A stretch of DNA of 63,024 bases, the filler included, from Nemertoderma westbladi (lineage: Eukaryota > Animalia > Xenacoelomorpha), in assembly GCA_032718475.1 (NCBI GenBank). It is 4 parts of 4 records of this genome, joined end to end, with 100 filler letters (N's around TTAATTAATTAA, not from the genome) between each part and the next. Parts side by side here need not be neighbours in the genome. Positions count along the whole stretch, not along the records: positions 17,437 to 33,992 come from JAUCBJ010001558.1; positions 34,093 to 53,592 come from JAUCBJ010007940.1; 2 more parts are not named here. One strand, 5' to 3'. How positions within the stretch are numbered: the first letter of the stretch is position 1; every line of letters begins with the position of its first letter. The position numbers and the translations under genes are program-made. The notes below the pieces were generated by a model. That model was given only the letters and a program-made list of their open reading frames with translations, was not told where the DNA came from and made no database searches. Positions 23,451 to 35,207 of the stretch are shown here, piece after piece.

Positions 23451-24605
23451 GTTGCTTTTTGCAATGTTCTCAATTTCTGGTGGCCTCCAGTGTTGTATTA
23501 TTCATCCCCAAGCAACTTTTTCTTTATAATAATAGATATCATATTTTACGCGATGGAGCGCTATTTTTTCATCATAACTTTTATGTAATTACAATCACGC
23601 AGCTAAGCCTGTAATCTGGTCTACTAAGTGTATAATAGCTCACAGCATGAGCCCTTTTGCTACCCCACCCCCACCTGCCCGGTACTCACACAATACATTA
23701 GGCTACACTAGCAATACTAGGTTACCAGTTCGATCCCACCTGGACGTCATTGCCGACTTTGCAAAGCTGTGCCCATCAAAAGTTATAATAATACATTATG
23801 TCATGTTTAAATTTTATAATAAATAAAAATATGCTACTATGGAAAATGTTCTACACCACAGTTTAAGTCAGATATGCAGTAGACATTTAAGATTATGTAG
23901 CCTATACCACGGTCTTGGACCTGAGTATATCGTCTATCCGCTTATCCCGTATCTTCATCTGTTGGTGCTGGGTGAAGTCTCATCTCACTGCTTACTGTAT
24001 ACAGGTAAACAGTTAAATAATCTATTCGGCTTCTAGACAGCCGATAACTTATAACCCTTCGGATGAATTCATTAATTTTAACCAACCAACCACCCCATTC
24101 TTCCTCCAAAAAATTATAATGTTTAGCGGAAAAAAAATATACGTTATAATGGTTTTAACAGTTACAGTATATGATTTATGATTTTTAAAAGATATTGATG
24201 ATAAGTGCGGATTATATAATTCCTTGCTTTTTGATTTCTATGCATGCTAATTGATGTGCAGTGCATGATATACATACAATTACTATGCGTTACTGTAGTA
24301 GTTACCTTATTATTGAGTGTATATTGTAGGGTCCATATACCCTCACCCTTTTCAAATATATGCCTTCCTTACAAGGCACTTTCACCCGTTAAACAGTTGT
24401 TTTATATTTGCAAAGGATAGAAGGATAGCACGACTGTATCATAAATGGGTGTTTAAAGTTTAAGAAACAATTCAAACCTTCCCGCTATTTTAGATAATAC
24501 CAATTTTCTATGTTCGTCAATAACTTTGTCAAAAATGAATGAAATTCAGCGAGATTTTTCATGCTTGCTAAACAGATAACTAGTAAAACAACTTTCAAGC
24601 AATTT

Positions 24606-25757
24606 TGTTTGCGCTTTTAAGACCTTTGACAGTTTAACCTGCCAAATTAGGATGTCTTTTGGATGATATATATTCTTTAGCTTATGACGAGTATTTGATA
24701 CACTACATTAGCCGAAGCCAGCCTATGCGCAATCATTCACCCGTTGGATATACCCGGGAGACTGAGTTCGGAGCTTAATGATTGATGGTGTAAGCCTACC
24801 GTATTATTCGACTGATCGTAATATATAATCTCTGACAAATATTATTCACTTTCGGGAAATATTAACAGTTCCTTTAGGACGTGGCGCTCTAAATATGTAA
24901 ACAGAGTTATGACTTAAACTAGTCACAACGAAAAGGCTATAGGTTAACGTATATGGCGCATTCTTTAGGAGATGCTTTGTTATCAGTTACAATCATACAC
25001 AATGCTGCACAATACTGCACACTAATCTGCCGACCTTCACTAAATTTAGTCACGTATAAAGAGAGCAACAGACAATTTATGTTGGGCATATGAAATAGCA
25101 TTAGATTCACTTCAAACCACTCAACATAGGTCGCAATCGTTTATCTGTAACCGGTCTCTCTAACCTTTAGTATATCAAGAAGGTGGGGTGTCTGACTATT
25201 GATCAGTATTCCGATATAATAATTCATCAACAAATATAACGAATAACCAACAGCAAAGCAGTAATGCAAGATATGAATTGCATAGATATGTATGATAAGT
25301 AAGTAGGGTTTGATTTTGTATGATTAGTTAAGATAACAGATATACGTTCTATAATTAAGCCTACTAATGTAAAGCTAAAGAATGCTGATATACGGAGGTG
25401 CCAAAGGCCGATGTTCTTAGGCTCTGGGCAAAAAACATAACACTGAACTACTGAGTTCTGTACACACCTCCAACACAGAGACAAAAAACGCTCTGATTGG
25501 TCAACCGAACAACGAGAGAACAAAGAAACAAAGAAACGTCGACGTGGCAATATCAGCTGTTAGCCGTCGTCATGGTAGCGACACTGTTTTCAAGAGTATC
25601 CAGCTTATCGCGTCACGAGATTGCGGATTATGTCCTCTAAAGTACAAATACAGTGCAAATACAGAAGAAATGACTTTTATGTCCTCTAAAACACCAGTAC
25701 AGCAAGGACACGGCCTTTTTATGCCTGGCAAACCAACTACAGAGTACTTCGGGAACA
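24606..25757 (-). repeat. LTR copy R1 of a putative BEL/Pao-type family (3' LTR of an internally deleted element)
   Basis: 24606-25633 is near-identical to 29739-30766. Similarity to R3 continues to ~25750. Boundary TGTTTGCGC reads ..GCGCAAACA on the element strand. Confidence 0.75.
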
Positions 25758-27556
25758 GGCCTAATTATTTCAGGCTCATCTACTATAGTAGGGAGTCTCT
25801 CTATTGTAATTATTTGGTCTGTGGGTTCTGTACTACCTAAGTTGGTGTTATTTAGTTGCCTTCTAACAGCTGGAGGCAAATCAGGCAATTTCTGACGTTG
25901 GAATGTTCTTTTACGTCTGCTTAAGTGAGATCTACTTCCTTTGCCTTCAGTATCGGTGGTATCGCCTTCCTCAGATGATGTATATCCCTGTCTTTTGGGA
26001 GTAGATCGATTCATCATCTGCATATTACTAGCTGTTAACTGTTTATTTATGCAGTCTTGATTCTCCTGAATATTTTCCAATTCTAATTGGGCGATCTCTT
26101 CAGCCGCTCGCCGTTCTGCTTCTGCCGCTGCCATTTCCGCTTTTCTTTCCATTTCAGCTGCTTTTCTTTTCGCTTCTGCTGCTGCCACCTTTCTTTCCGC
26201 TTCGGCCGCCTTTCTTTCGGCTTCTACTGCTGCAGCTGCCGCCTTTCTTTCGGCTTCTACTGCTGCAGCTGCCGCTTTTGCCTCTGCCGCTGCCGCTTTT
26301 GCCTCTGCCGCTGCCTCTGCCGCTTCTCTATCCACTTCTGCCGCTTTTCGTTCCGCTTCTGCCGCTGCTACTGCTGCTTTCTTTCTGTCTTCTATGCGTT
26401 TTTTCTTCACCCTTTCTTCTTGGTCTCTAGCGATGCGGAGTTGTTCATCGAATTTAGCTTGGTTCGCCGCTAACCTATCCACGTCTATGGCGTCAAGCAC
26501 ACGCTGTGCTCCTTCACTATTAGGGTTAAGTCCGTCCAACCTTCTCCTCAACTCTTCATCACCTACGAAACGCTGATAGTCTGACAGATAGATGTCAATG
26601 GCATCCCTCTTATGCGGTTTCTTTGCCGTCGCTTCACTTTCCACTTGGGAAAAAGTAGCGTCTGTTGATTCTCCATGGGTTGAGCGCTCCTCCAGCTGAG
26701 CTTTCCACTGAGCTGTTCCTTGAACCTGGCGACTCACCCGTTGAAACCAAGTCTTTACGGCAACTTGCAACGACGTGTCTTGTCTTCTTTTAGAAGCCTC
26801 CTCAAAGGCTGATAAGATTAGCCTGATTCGTAGAATTCTTTCTCTAACTTGATAAAGCAGTTGTCCCTGCTCTTGAGGTCCTTGGGGTTGTTGAAACAGT
26901 TGTTTTTCTACTCGCTCCATAGAGCTGAAGAATCCCTGTGCGTATCCGGCTGCTGACCTCTTCCACACAGCTGGATCGATGGTTTCCTTGGCTACTCCCA
27001 TCCGGTGTATGTCTTCCCAGGCAGCTTCTGATAAATCAAACGGGAGTCCGGGTCCGGGGAAGTTCCATTGCGACTCGACCATAGACTTCAGTTCTTCCCT
27101 TGTGTATCCCTCATAACTATCTTTAGTTGAGCGCTTACTTCTCGCCCAATCGATCTGGTGTTCTTCCACCGCGATCAATAACCTAGTGAGTACGGCTGCA
27201 GGAAGGATGAGAAGGGGATCCGAATAAACCGCATCCGTCATCCTTGCTCCGCGCTCGGGTGTCAGTTCTACAGTATCTTCACTACTGGAGCTGTCGGGCC
27301 GCTGAGAAATAAGTTCTTGGATCACGGGTTGTTGCTGTTCCGCTGCTTCTTGGTCCCGCTTGACCTGGGCTCGAGTGCCTATGATAGACCTACGATGTTG
27401 GACCAGCCTAGGTTCTGTTATTACTACTGGAGGGATGACCTTCCTCACAGTGGGAGGTGAACTGAACTTAGGTGTAGACGGTTCTACACCTTTATCTGAG
27501 TCGCAGATAGTTACATCTAATAAACTGTCTGACAGGTTCTGCTTAGTATCAGACAT
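25637..27556 (-). CDS. 639-aa Ala/Glu/Lys coiled-coil protein, probably a truncated gag N-terminus running into the LTR
   Basis: Long ORF lying between two near-identical LTRs, with AEAERKAA repeats. The last ~40 codons lie inside R1. No recognisable domain. Confidence 0.55.
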   Translation of the reverse strand: MSDTKQNLSDSLLDVTICDSDKGVEPSTPKFSSPPTVRKVIPPVVITEPRLVQHRRSIIGTRAQVKRDQEAAEQQQPVIQELISQRPDSSSSEDTVELTPERGARMTDAVYSDPLLILPAAVLTRLLIAVEEHQIDWARSKRSTKDSYEGYTREELKSMVESQWNFPGPGLPFDLSEAAWEDIHRMGVAKETIDPAVWKRSAAGYAQGFFSSMERVEKQLFQQPQGPQEQGQLLYQVRERILRIRLILSAFEEASKRRQDTSLQVAVKTWFQRVSRQVQGTAQWKAQLEERSTHGESTDATFSQVESEATAKKPHKRDAIDIYLSDYQRFVGDEELRRRLDGLNPNSEGAQRVLDAIDVDRLAANQAKFDEQLRIARDQEERVKKKRIEDRKKAAVAAAEAERKAAEVDREAAEAAAEAKAAAAEAKAAAAAVEAERKAAAAAVEAERKAAEAERKVAAAEAKRKAAEMERKAEMAAAEAERRAAEEIAQLELENIQENQDCINKQLTASNMQMMNRSTPKRQGYTSSEEGDTTDTEGKGSRSHLSRRKRTFQRQKLPDLPPAVRRQLNNTNLGSTEPTDQIITIERLPTIVDEPEIIRPVPEVLCSWFARHKKAVSLLYWCFRGHKSHFFCICTVFVL

Positions 27557-28869
27557 GTTTGTTTACCCAGTTGAATGCCTACTGCTATATTACAGTCTAA
27601 GCAAGTCCAGTAATTCAGTAATAACTGCTAGCCTAGTAATTAATTACCGATACTGCTACTCAGTGTAGCGTGCTATATATAATATTAGAATACCGGTATG
27701 CTTATGGTATATATAAGTATTATTACAGACTAGGTTTTTCACAGAAACCGGTATATAATTTTAGCACAAATATATATAAATATATAATAGGCCTATCGTG
27801 GATACCGGTATGCAGTTTACACTTATAGTATATATAAGTATAATTATTAACTAGAATTAATTACAGAATACCGGTATGATTTCAACCTAAAATTTATAGA
27901 AATAAATATAATAAGCCTATTGTAAATACCAGTATGTCAATTATTTTAGAATAATTGAATTTCTGAATTTTAAGGGTTACTTGGTTACTTTGACTTACTT
28001 TATTACCGTTATTTAAGCAGTAGTCCAACTGATATTGAGACCTAATTGTTGTATGGCAGGCCTACTATTTATAAATCGTTTGAGTTGATTTATAATATAT
28101 ATATACCCGTTTAATGGGTTTTTGTCAATGTTGAAATAAATGTTATTATTTCTGGGGGAGTCACTACACATAAGCTGTGCGCTCTCAGTGGAGTGCTACT
28201 TGTTAGACACTAAAACAAATAATTCTAATTTACCTAAGTTACTTAATACTACAAATTACGTACAATTCGGGTTGAGATTACAATCTCTAAATAAACACAA
28301 AAATTTAATTACAAATACAAATTTTTAGGGTAATTTTACAAGAAGTCTACTAACCAGCCTAACAAAGGGTTAGAAATCTGGTTATTACAACGGACAGGGT
28401 ACTAAGGTATTTGAAAATAATAAGTAGTAGTAAATACACTGCGTTGTCCAGATAGGAAAATACCACCGCCTGACGACCTATAGCCGTATCGCTATAGGTA
28501 CTACGTTATGTATCACGGAGTGTTCCTACCTAGAAGTTAATAGAGCTAACGTACGTGCCTATCAACCACTTTACAACACAAATATAATGCCTACACTAAT
28601 TACTTTCGGAAAGTACTGTACACTAAACCCTAAATTAGGTACAAGTACTTGTATAACAAATAATTAGTAGTTAAAAATACTTGAACAGCTAAAAGAACCA
28701 CGGCATCTGCTGGAGTGACCGGTGCACAAAATCACCAGTCTTTACCTACGCCGAGCAGCCCTGATGTAGTACCGGGGTTAGTTTAACTATAACGGTATGT
28801 ATAACAAACACAATTACTGTAGGAACAAACTTGGGGAATGAATGTTGCGAATAATCGCATAAACTCTGA

Positions 28870-29443
28870 ATAATAAATATTACGCTACGCGTACAAACTA
28901 CTCAAACAAAATGCAGACAAAATACTGACAGACTACTATCAAGCCTAAACAAACTACGGTATATGCAGACTCCGAAATGATTAAGTAGTATGCGTTCTAA
29001 CCCAGTAGTACGACTTATTCTTTAGATGGGGGTTTACCTTACAGCGATGGCTGCCCCTACTTCCTAACCGTTCTTTATCGGACAGATGCTTTGCACACAC
29101 CGAAATTTCCTCAAACCCAACAACAGCCAGACAACTATCCAGCCTACAAATTATCTAAATAAAATTATACGCTACCCGTACAGACTACACAAACAAAGTA
29201 CAGACCAAACGCTGGCGGACTCCTATCAGGCCTAAATAAACCACAGGACATGCAGACTCCAAAATGGTTAAGTAGTATGCGTTCTAACCCAGTAGTACGA
29301 CTTATTCTTTAGATGGGGGTTTACCTTACAGCGATGGCTGCCCCTACTTCCTAACCGTTCTTTATCGGACATACACTCTACATGCACTGCAATCCGTTCA
29401 GACCTAATCAACAGCTAGCCAACAGTCAAGCCTACAAATTATC
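28870..29443. repeat. 287-bp tandem duplication in the element leader
   Basis: 28981-29084 is identical to 29268-29371, while the flanks of the two units are more diverged. Confidence 0.9.
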
Positions 29444-29738
29444 TGTACAATCTGAGCAGGCTTACACGCCTTCTGCTCAATACTGGCCTACAAATAAATA
29501 AAACTTGACAGAAACAAGTAAAATCTCAATAAAAAACCAGGGCGGCCGTCCCTGATTAATTATTAAGGCCTACCGGTATATAATTATCAAAATCGAACAA
29601 TACTGATGTACCTGTACCGTAAGTACCGGTTCGGGCAGTTGGGCCTACAGGCCTACAGCAATACAGGTTACCGTTCAACCGGTACCGGTACTTTAGACTT
29701 GATTGCTTACACCGCAATCCAGAAGCAATATCTGTTAT

Positions 29739-30766
29739 TGTTTGCGCTTTTAAGACCTTTGACAGTTTAACCTGCCAAATTAGGATGTCTTTTGGATGAT
29801 ATATATTCTTTAGCTTATGACGAGTATTTGATACACTACATTAGCCGAAGCCAGCCTATGCGCAATCATTCACCCGTTGGATATACCCGGGAGACTGAGT
29901 TCAGAGCTTAATGATTGATGGTGTAAGCCTACCGTATTATTCGACTGATCGTAATATATAATCTCTGACAAATATTATTCACTTTCGGGAAATATTAACA
30001 GTTCCTTTAGGACGTGGCGCTCTAAATATGTAAACAGAGTTATGACTTAAACTAGTCACAACGAAAAGGCTATAGGTTAACGTATATGGCGCATTCTTTA
30101 GGAGATGCTTTGTTATCAGTTACAATCATACACAATGCTGCACAATACTGCACACTAATCTGCCGACCTTCACTAAATTTAGTCACGTATAAAGAGAGCA
30201 ACAGACAATTTATGTTGGGCATATGAAATAGCATTAGATTCACTTCAAACCACTCAACATAGGTCGCAATCGTTTATCTGTAACCGGTCTCTCTAACCTT
30301 TAGTATATCAAGAAGGTGGGGTGTCTGACTATTGATCAGTATTCCGATATAATAATTCATCAACAAATATAACGAATAACCAACAGCAAAGCAGTAATGC
30401 AAGATATGAATTGCATAGATATGTATGATAAGTAAGTAGGGTTTGATTTTGTATGATTAGTTAAGATAACAGATATACGTTCTATAATTAAGCCTACTAA
30501 TGTAAAGCTAAAGAATGCTGATATACGGAGGTGCCAAAGGCCGATGTTCTTAGGCTCTGGGCAAAAAACATAACACTGAACTACTGAGTTCTGTACACAC
30601 CTCCAACACAGAGACAAAAAACGCTCTGATTGGTCAACCGAACAACGAGAGAACAAAGAAACAAAGAAATGTCGACGTGGCAATATCAGCTGTTAGCCGT
30701 CGTCATGGTAGCGACACTGTTTTCAAGAGTATCCAGCTTATCGCGTCACGAGATTGCGGATTATGT
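29739..30766 (-). repeat. LTR copy R2 (5' LTR, interrupted by R3)
   Basis: 1028-bp near-perfect match to 24606-25633 that stops where R3 begins. Confidence 0.8.
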
Positions 30767-31997
30767 TCGCGCTTTCAGACCTTTGGCAGTTTAACCCACC
30801 AAATTAAGATGTCTTCTAGATATTAAATCGGTTTTTAGTCTATGACAAGTATTTGATTCACTACACTAGTCGAAACCAATCCGTGCGCGACCATTCACCC
30901 GCTGGAGATTCCCGGGAGATTGGGTTCGACGGTTTAATTTTGTTGCTATGTAAGCCTAATGTATTATTCGACTGACAGTATTATATAATCTCTGACAATA
31001 TTATTCACCTTCGGGAATATTAACAGTTCCTTTAGGACGTGGCGCTTTATCTATATAAACAGAGTTATGACTTAAACTACTCACAACGATATGGCTTAAT
31101 TATAATTCACATATATGGCGCATTCTTTAGGAATGCTTCTTTAACAGACTCACTCATACACAATGCTGCACAATACTGCACACTAATCTGCCAATCTTCA
31201 CTGATTTTAGTTACATATAAAAGGAACACAGACTGAATCATGTAGGGTCTATCAAATAACATTAGATTCACTTCAAACCACTTTAACATAAGTCACAATC
31301 GTTTATCTGTAACCCTTCTCTCTTACCTTCGGTATATCAAGAATATTGGGTTTCGGGGTTATTTATCGTTATTCCAAATATAATAATTCATCAACCATGT
31401 TATGAAGAACTGACAGTAAATAGCAGTATAAAACAACAATGAAAACACTGATAGTTATGAGTTTACAATGTTTCAGCAGTCAGTATGTATGATCAGTCAT
31501 CAGTAGTCGTTATGTAGGTTAAAGGATATATGCCCTTTATAATTAAACCTACTAGTGTAAAACTAAAAAACAGTAAAGCACAAAATACTTCCAAGCCGTT
31601 CTTTCTTTGGCTTAGGACTGAATGTAAACACTGCACATAGGCATTGCGTCATTTCTCGGAAATTTTCTGTACAAGGAGCCACAAAAACGCTCTCATTGGC
31701 TGACTGAACTGAGAGACGCCGTAGAACAAAGGAAATCAACACGTATGAATGTCAGCTGTTAACCGTAGTCATAGTAACTACTTTTCAAGAGTAGCTATCA
31801 CCCCTTTGCGTCACGAATTGCCATAGAATCATAAAATATGCCTTTCACAGTACACATACGGAGGAAATAGGTCTTAGATCCTCTAAAAACACCGATACAG
31901 CAATAATACGGTCTCTTACACTTATTAAATCAACTACAGAGTATTTTAATGTAAAAGATAATAAAAATAACGGGGCAATTCAGCAAAGGCTTTTACA
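30764..31997 (-). repeat. LTR copy R3 (diverged subfamily; 3' LTR of a second element)
   Basis: Diverged homologue of R1/R2. On the minus strand it starts TGTAAAAG after the purine tract GGGAGCGG (31998-32005) and ends GCGCGAACA. Confidence 0.7.
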
Positions 31998-32075
31998 CCG
32001 CTCCCAGAAAATGGGATTTTCAGTCTATAAAATATAAAAATCACAGTTTCTAAAACATAAAGATACTCTAAACAG

Positions 32076-33851
32076 TTAGTCTTTCTTGCGCGGACGGCGT
32101 TTACGCAGTTTCTTAAGATTAACAAGAGTCTTTTTCTCTTTGGGGCGAGCCACTTTACGAGGAGGGCTGTAGCTCCTAGGCGAAGGGTGCAATATAATTG
32201 CATCAGAAGGTGCAGGGTTACGATCGGTATACCCGCCGGTCGAGGTACCTGGTTGAGTAATATCAATCTCAGGGGAGTGAGGTCTAACGGCCTTTAGAGC
32301 GCGTCTCAAGACAGCAGCTCCTACGGGTCCTTGACGGATCGTCTGGACACTAGCGGTGGGTGGACCGTGAGTGGTGAGGAACTTTCTCGGTTTAATGGTT
32401 CTCTCCAGCTCGCGTTCTCGGGTTCGGTATTCATATGGGCGCCGAGATACTTCCTGGAGTTCAGGATGCGAGTTCACGAAAATGTCGCCATACTCAGGGT
32501 CCGTACGGATAAAATTGATCAGGTGATATGTGGTTATATCATTAGGGTTAACGTTTCTAAGGTATTTCCTGACAAACTTGGTGGAAATACACTCACCAAC
32601 ACGCTTCATTAACTCGTAACTTGGTACGCGTGTTTTCTGTTCAATCGACGCGAATAGATAAGGATGGAACGCGTAAACTCCCTCGTAAGCTCGTCCAGGG
32701 TAATAGCGATCTCTGGATTCGCAATGTAAATCTGCGTTCGCTTCCCAAGCTCGGATGTATCGCAGGGTGATCATCTCGTCTACGCTCTCTAAATCGCGAT
32801 TAAAGGGACAATTGTAACTTTCGTGTCCTTTAAGTTGGCAGTAGTGACATTGAGTCATAAATTGTGGGCAGACGGCAAATATATGAGAGTTATTAAGCCG
32901 GCAATAAGCACAATATATTTCCATCATCGGTTGTTCGAGGAAATAGGAACAAGGTACGCTCGAGTCTAGAGGAGTGAAGTGGTCTCTCGATGCGCATAAT
33001 CGACAACGTTTTCGGGAAACGTAGTTGGCGTGTCGATAATCGTACGCTGTGAGACGCTGTGGACCTTGATACCACTCTATGACATAATCATTGTCACTGC
33101 TCCGAGAAGCCGTAGGTTGAATCGCTTCGGATTCCAAGCATACTGGTTCATCCTCCAGCTGCATAGACGAAGTGGGTGCGTCGGTTTCCGTAAGTGGACC
33201 CACTGTCTGTATTTCCACGACAGAATAACCTGTAGGTATTCGGGGTCTTTGTATAACGGATGAATGTGAGTTCTGTATACAAACGTCTTGAAACACGGCA
33301 AATCCAGCGCTACTCAGTTTCTCCGCAGCTGAGTCTCTAAGACTGAGCTTGGTCAGCGCGCGATCTTTGAACTGACTATCGACGTTACGGAACGGAGTCA
33401 GAAAGCGCCGGAAACATTCGAAACGTATGAACTTATTGTGTTCGTCTAACTTGGCGAGTTTAGTTCCAAGTATTAACGGGTGAGCGCGTATGGTACGACT
33501 GCACACATCGGCTAGCCAACCGGCAAGTGCTGCGTTTTCAAAGATCGTGTATATAGCTAAGGAAGGGCGAAGTGGAACACTCATAAAGCTATATACGGCA
33601 CCAAGCGCAGTTAATGGTCCATCAAAATATAAACGGGAGTAATGATCTCCATATACTTGCTGGTAATTTATAGGATTTCCAACTTTGAAATTCCAACCAT
33701 ATTCTTGAAAGGCAAGATGTCCGATGGATGTCCGTTGTACTTTAGTAATGCCGCTGGGTGTATTGGCATACATAGTGCGAAAGAAACCTCGGCCTTCGGC
33801 CCAAGGAGCAATCAGCTGAGTATCAACGAAAGGGTATGGAATGTTCTCCAT
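32076..33851 (-). CDS. 591-aa protein of unknown family with multiple Cys/His zinc fingers and a basic C-terminus
   Basis: CRLCASRDH, CAYCRLNNSHIFAVC and CHYCQLKGHESYNC (CCHC knuckle), ending KKLRKRRPRKKD. Homologous to 53693-55279. Confidence 0.8.
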   Translation of the reverse strand: MENIPYPFVDTQLIAPWAEGRGFFRTMYANTPSGITKVQRTSIGHLAFQEYGWNFKVGNPINYQQVYGDHYSRLYFDGPLTALGAVYSFMSVPLRPSLAIYTIFENAALAGWLADVCSRTIRAHPLILGTKLAKLDEHNKFIRFECFRRFLTPFRNVDSQFKDRALTKLSLRDSAAEKLSSAGFAVFQDVCIQNSHSSVIQRPRIPTGYSVVEIQTVGPLTETDAPTSSMQLEDEPVCLESEAIQPTASRSSDNDYVIEWYQGPQRLTAYDYRHANYVSRKRCRLCASRDHFTPLDSSVPCSYFLEQPMMEIYCAYCRLNNSHIFAVCPQFMTQCHYCQLKGHESYNCPFNRDLESVDEMITLRYIRAWEANADLHCESRDRYYPGRAYEGVYAFHPYLFASIEQKTRVPSYELMKRVGECISTKFVRKYLRNVNPNDITTYHLINFIRTDPEYGDIFVNSHPELQEVSRRPYEYRTRERELERTIKPRKFLTTHGPPTASVQTIRQGPVGAAVLRRALKAVRPHSPEIDITQPGTSTGGYTDRNPAPSDAIILHPSPRSYSPPRKVARPKEKKTLVNLKKLRKRRPRKKD

Positions 33852-33992
33852 ATTCCTGTTGTATGCCCAATATGTTTTCCGACAGTGACATTGATGGTAG
33901 TGGTAGAGAGCAGGGGGAGACCTAGGTCGTATTCAGAAGTATTCCGAAATACGATCTCAGTAGGAGGATTGTTACATTCGAGGACTATCTCC

Positions 33993-34092
33993 NNNNNNNN
34001 NNNNNNNNNNNNNNNNNNNNNNNNNNNNNNNNNNNNTTAATTAATTAANNNNNNNNNNNNNNNNNNNNNNNNNNNNNNNNNNNNNNNNNNNN
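33993..34092. other. Artificial contig linker
   Basis: N44-TTAATTAATTAA-N44. Confidence 0.98.
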
Positions 34093-34239
34093 CACCGAAT
34101 CTTAACATACTCACTTAATTTAACTGCATTAATCATATTGTTTGTACTGTTATTTTACTGTCAGTTATTAATTGTACCTATTTGTTGATGGAAATATTGC
34201 TCTTTGGATAATACGGATAAATCACCCAAAATTCCCAAT

Positions 34240-34829
34240 TTTCTTGATACACTACAGGTTAGAGAGACCGGCTATACATAACAATTGCGATTTATATTAA
34301 TGTGGTGTGTATTAAATCTAATGTTATTTAGCAGACCCTACATGAGTCAATTACTGCTCTCTTTATGTGTGATCAAATATACTGACTGTCGGCAGAATAG
34401 TGTGTATGATCGTGATTGGTAACAAAGTATTTCCTAAAGAATACGCTTTATACTTTAATCATAAGCGGTATCGTTGCGTTTTAGTATAAGTCTTAGTTCT
34501 GTTTAAATAGATAGAGCGCCACGTCCTAAAGGAACTGTTAATATTTCCCGAAAGCCAATAATATCTGTCAGAGATTAATTATTAACGATCTATCGAATAA
34601 TACAGTAAGTTTACGCTGCAACCTTACACTGCAATAATAAAATTTAAGCATCCGAATTCAGCCTCCCGGGTGTAGATCCATCGGGTGAATGATCGCGCAT
34701 GGGCTGACTTCGGCTAATGTTTTGTGTATTAGCATAAATTGTTGTCGTATGCTAAAGGTGTTTTAATTAACTAAAAGACATATAAATTTTGGCAGGTTAA
34801 ACTGCTAAAGGTCTTCAAAAGCGCGAACA
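34240..34829 (+). repeat. LTR copy R4 (third variant, opposite orientation)
   Basis: Reverse-complement homologue of R1-R3, including AGAGCGCCACGTCCTAAAGGAACTGTTAATATT. Ends GCGCGAACA at 34829. Confidence 0.8.
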
Positions 34830-35207
34830 ACATGTAGTGCAAATATGATAACGAAAAGTCACCACAAAATCAAATTGAGTTTAGCACAAATTTGATAATA
34901 AAAAATCATCACTAAATCAACCTGATTGTTAGATATTATGGGTTTTCTGGGACGCTGATCACGAATATGACACTCAAAAATATCGCATTACCCAGCCAAA
35001 TTCTATTTTTGACGTTTAAAATTTTTTGATTCTTGTATTTTTCGTCCCTCCTGAAAAGCACCAAAAATGATAGTTGCGTTACCACGAATGATTTTTAACG
35101 AGTTGTATCGTGATTAGCGACGTTGAAAACCAGTATAGTTTCAGAAATACCAAACCAAAGGCAAAATTTAACAGTTTATAATTTTGTGCAATTTGTAATT
35201 TTTATTG

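Noticed and set aside
25227-25550. Duplicated 107-aa ORF (also 30360-30683)
   Set aside because: It lies in near-identical LTR copies, is not preserved in diverged R3, and has no protein-like features.
34650-34720. HDV-like ribozyme in the LTR structure (TGGGC...GGCTAATG)
   Set aside because: No P1/P3 nested pseudoknot could be built, and the candidate catalytic C is paired in the covarying stem.
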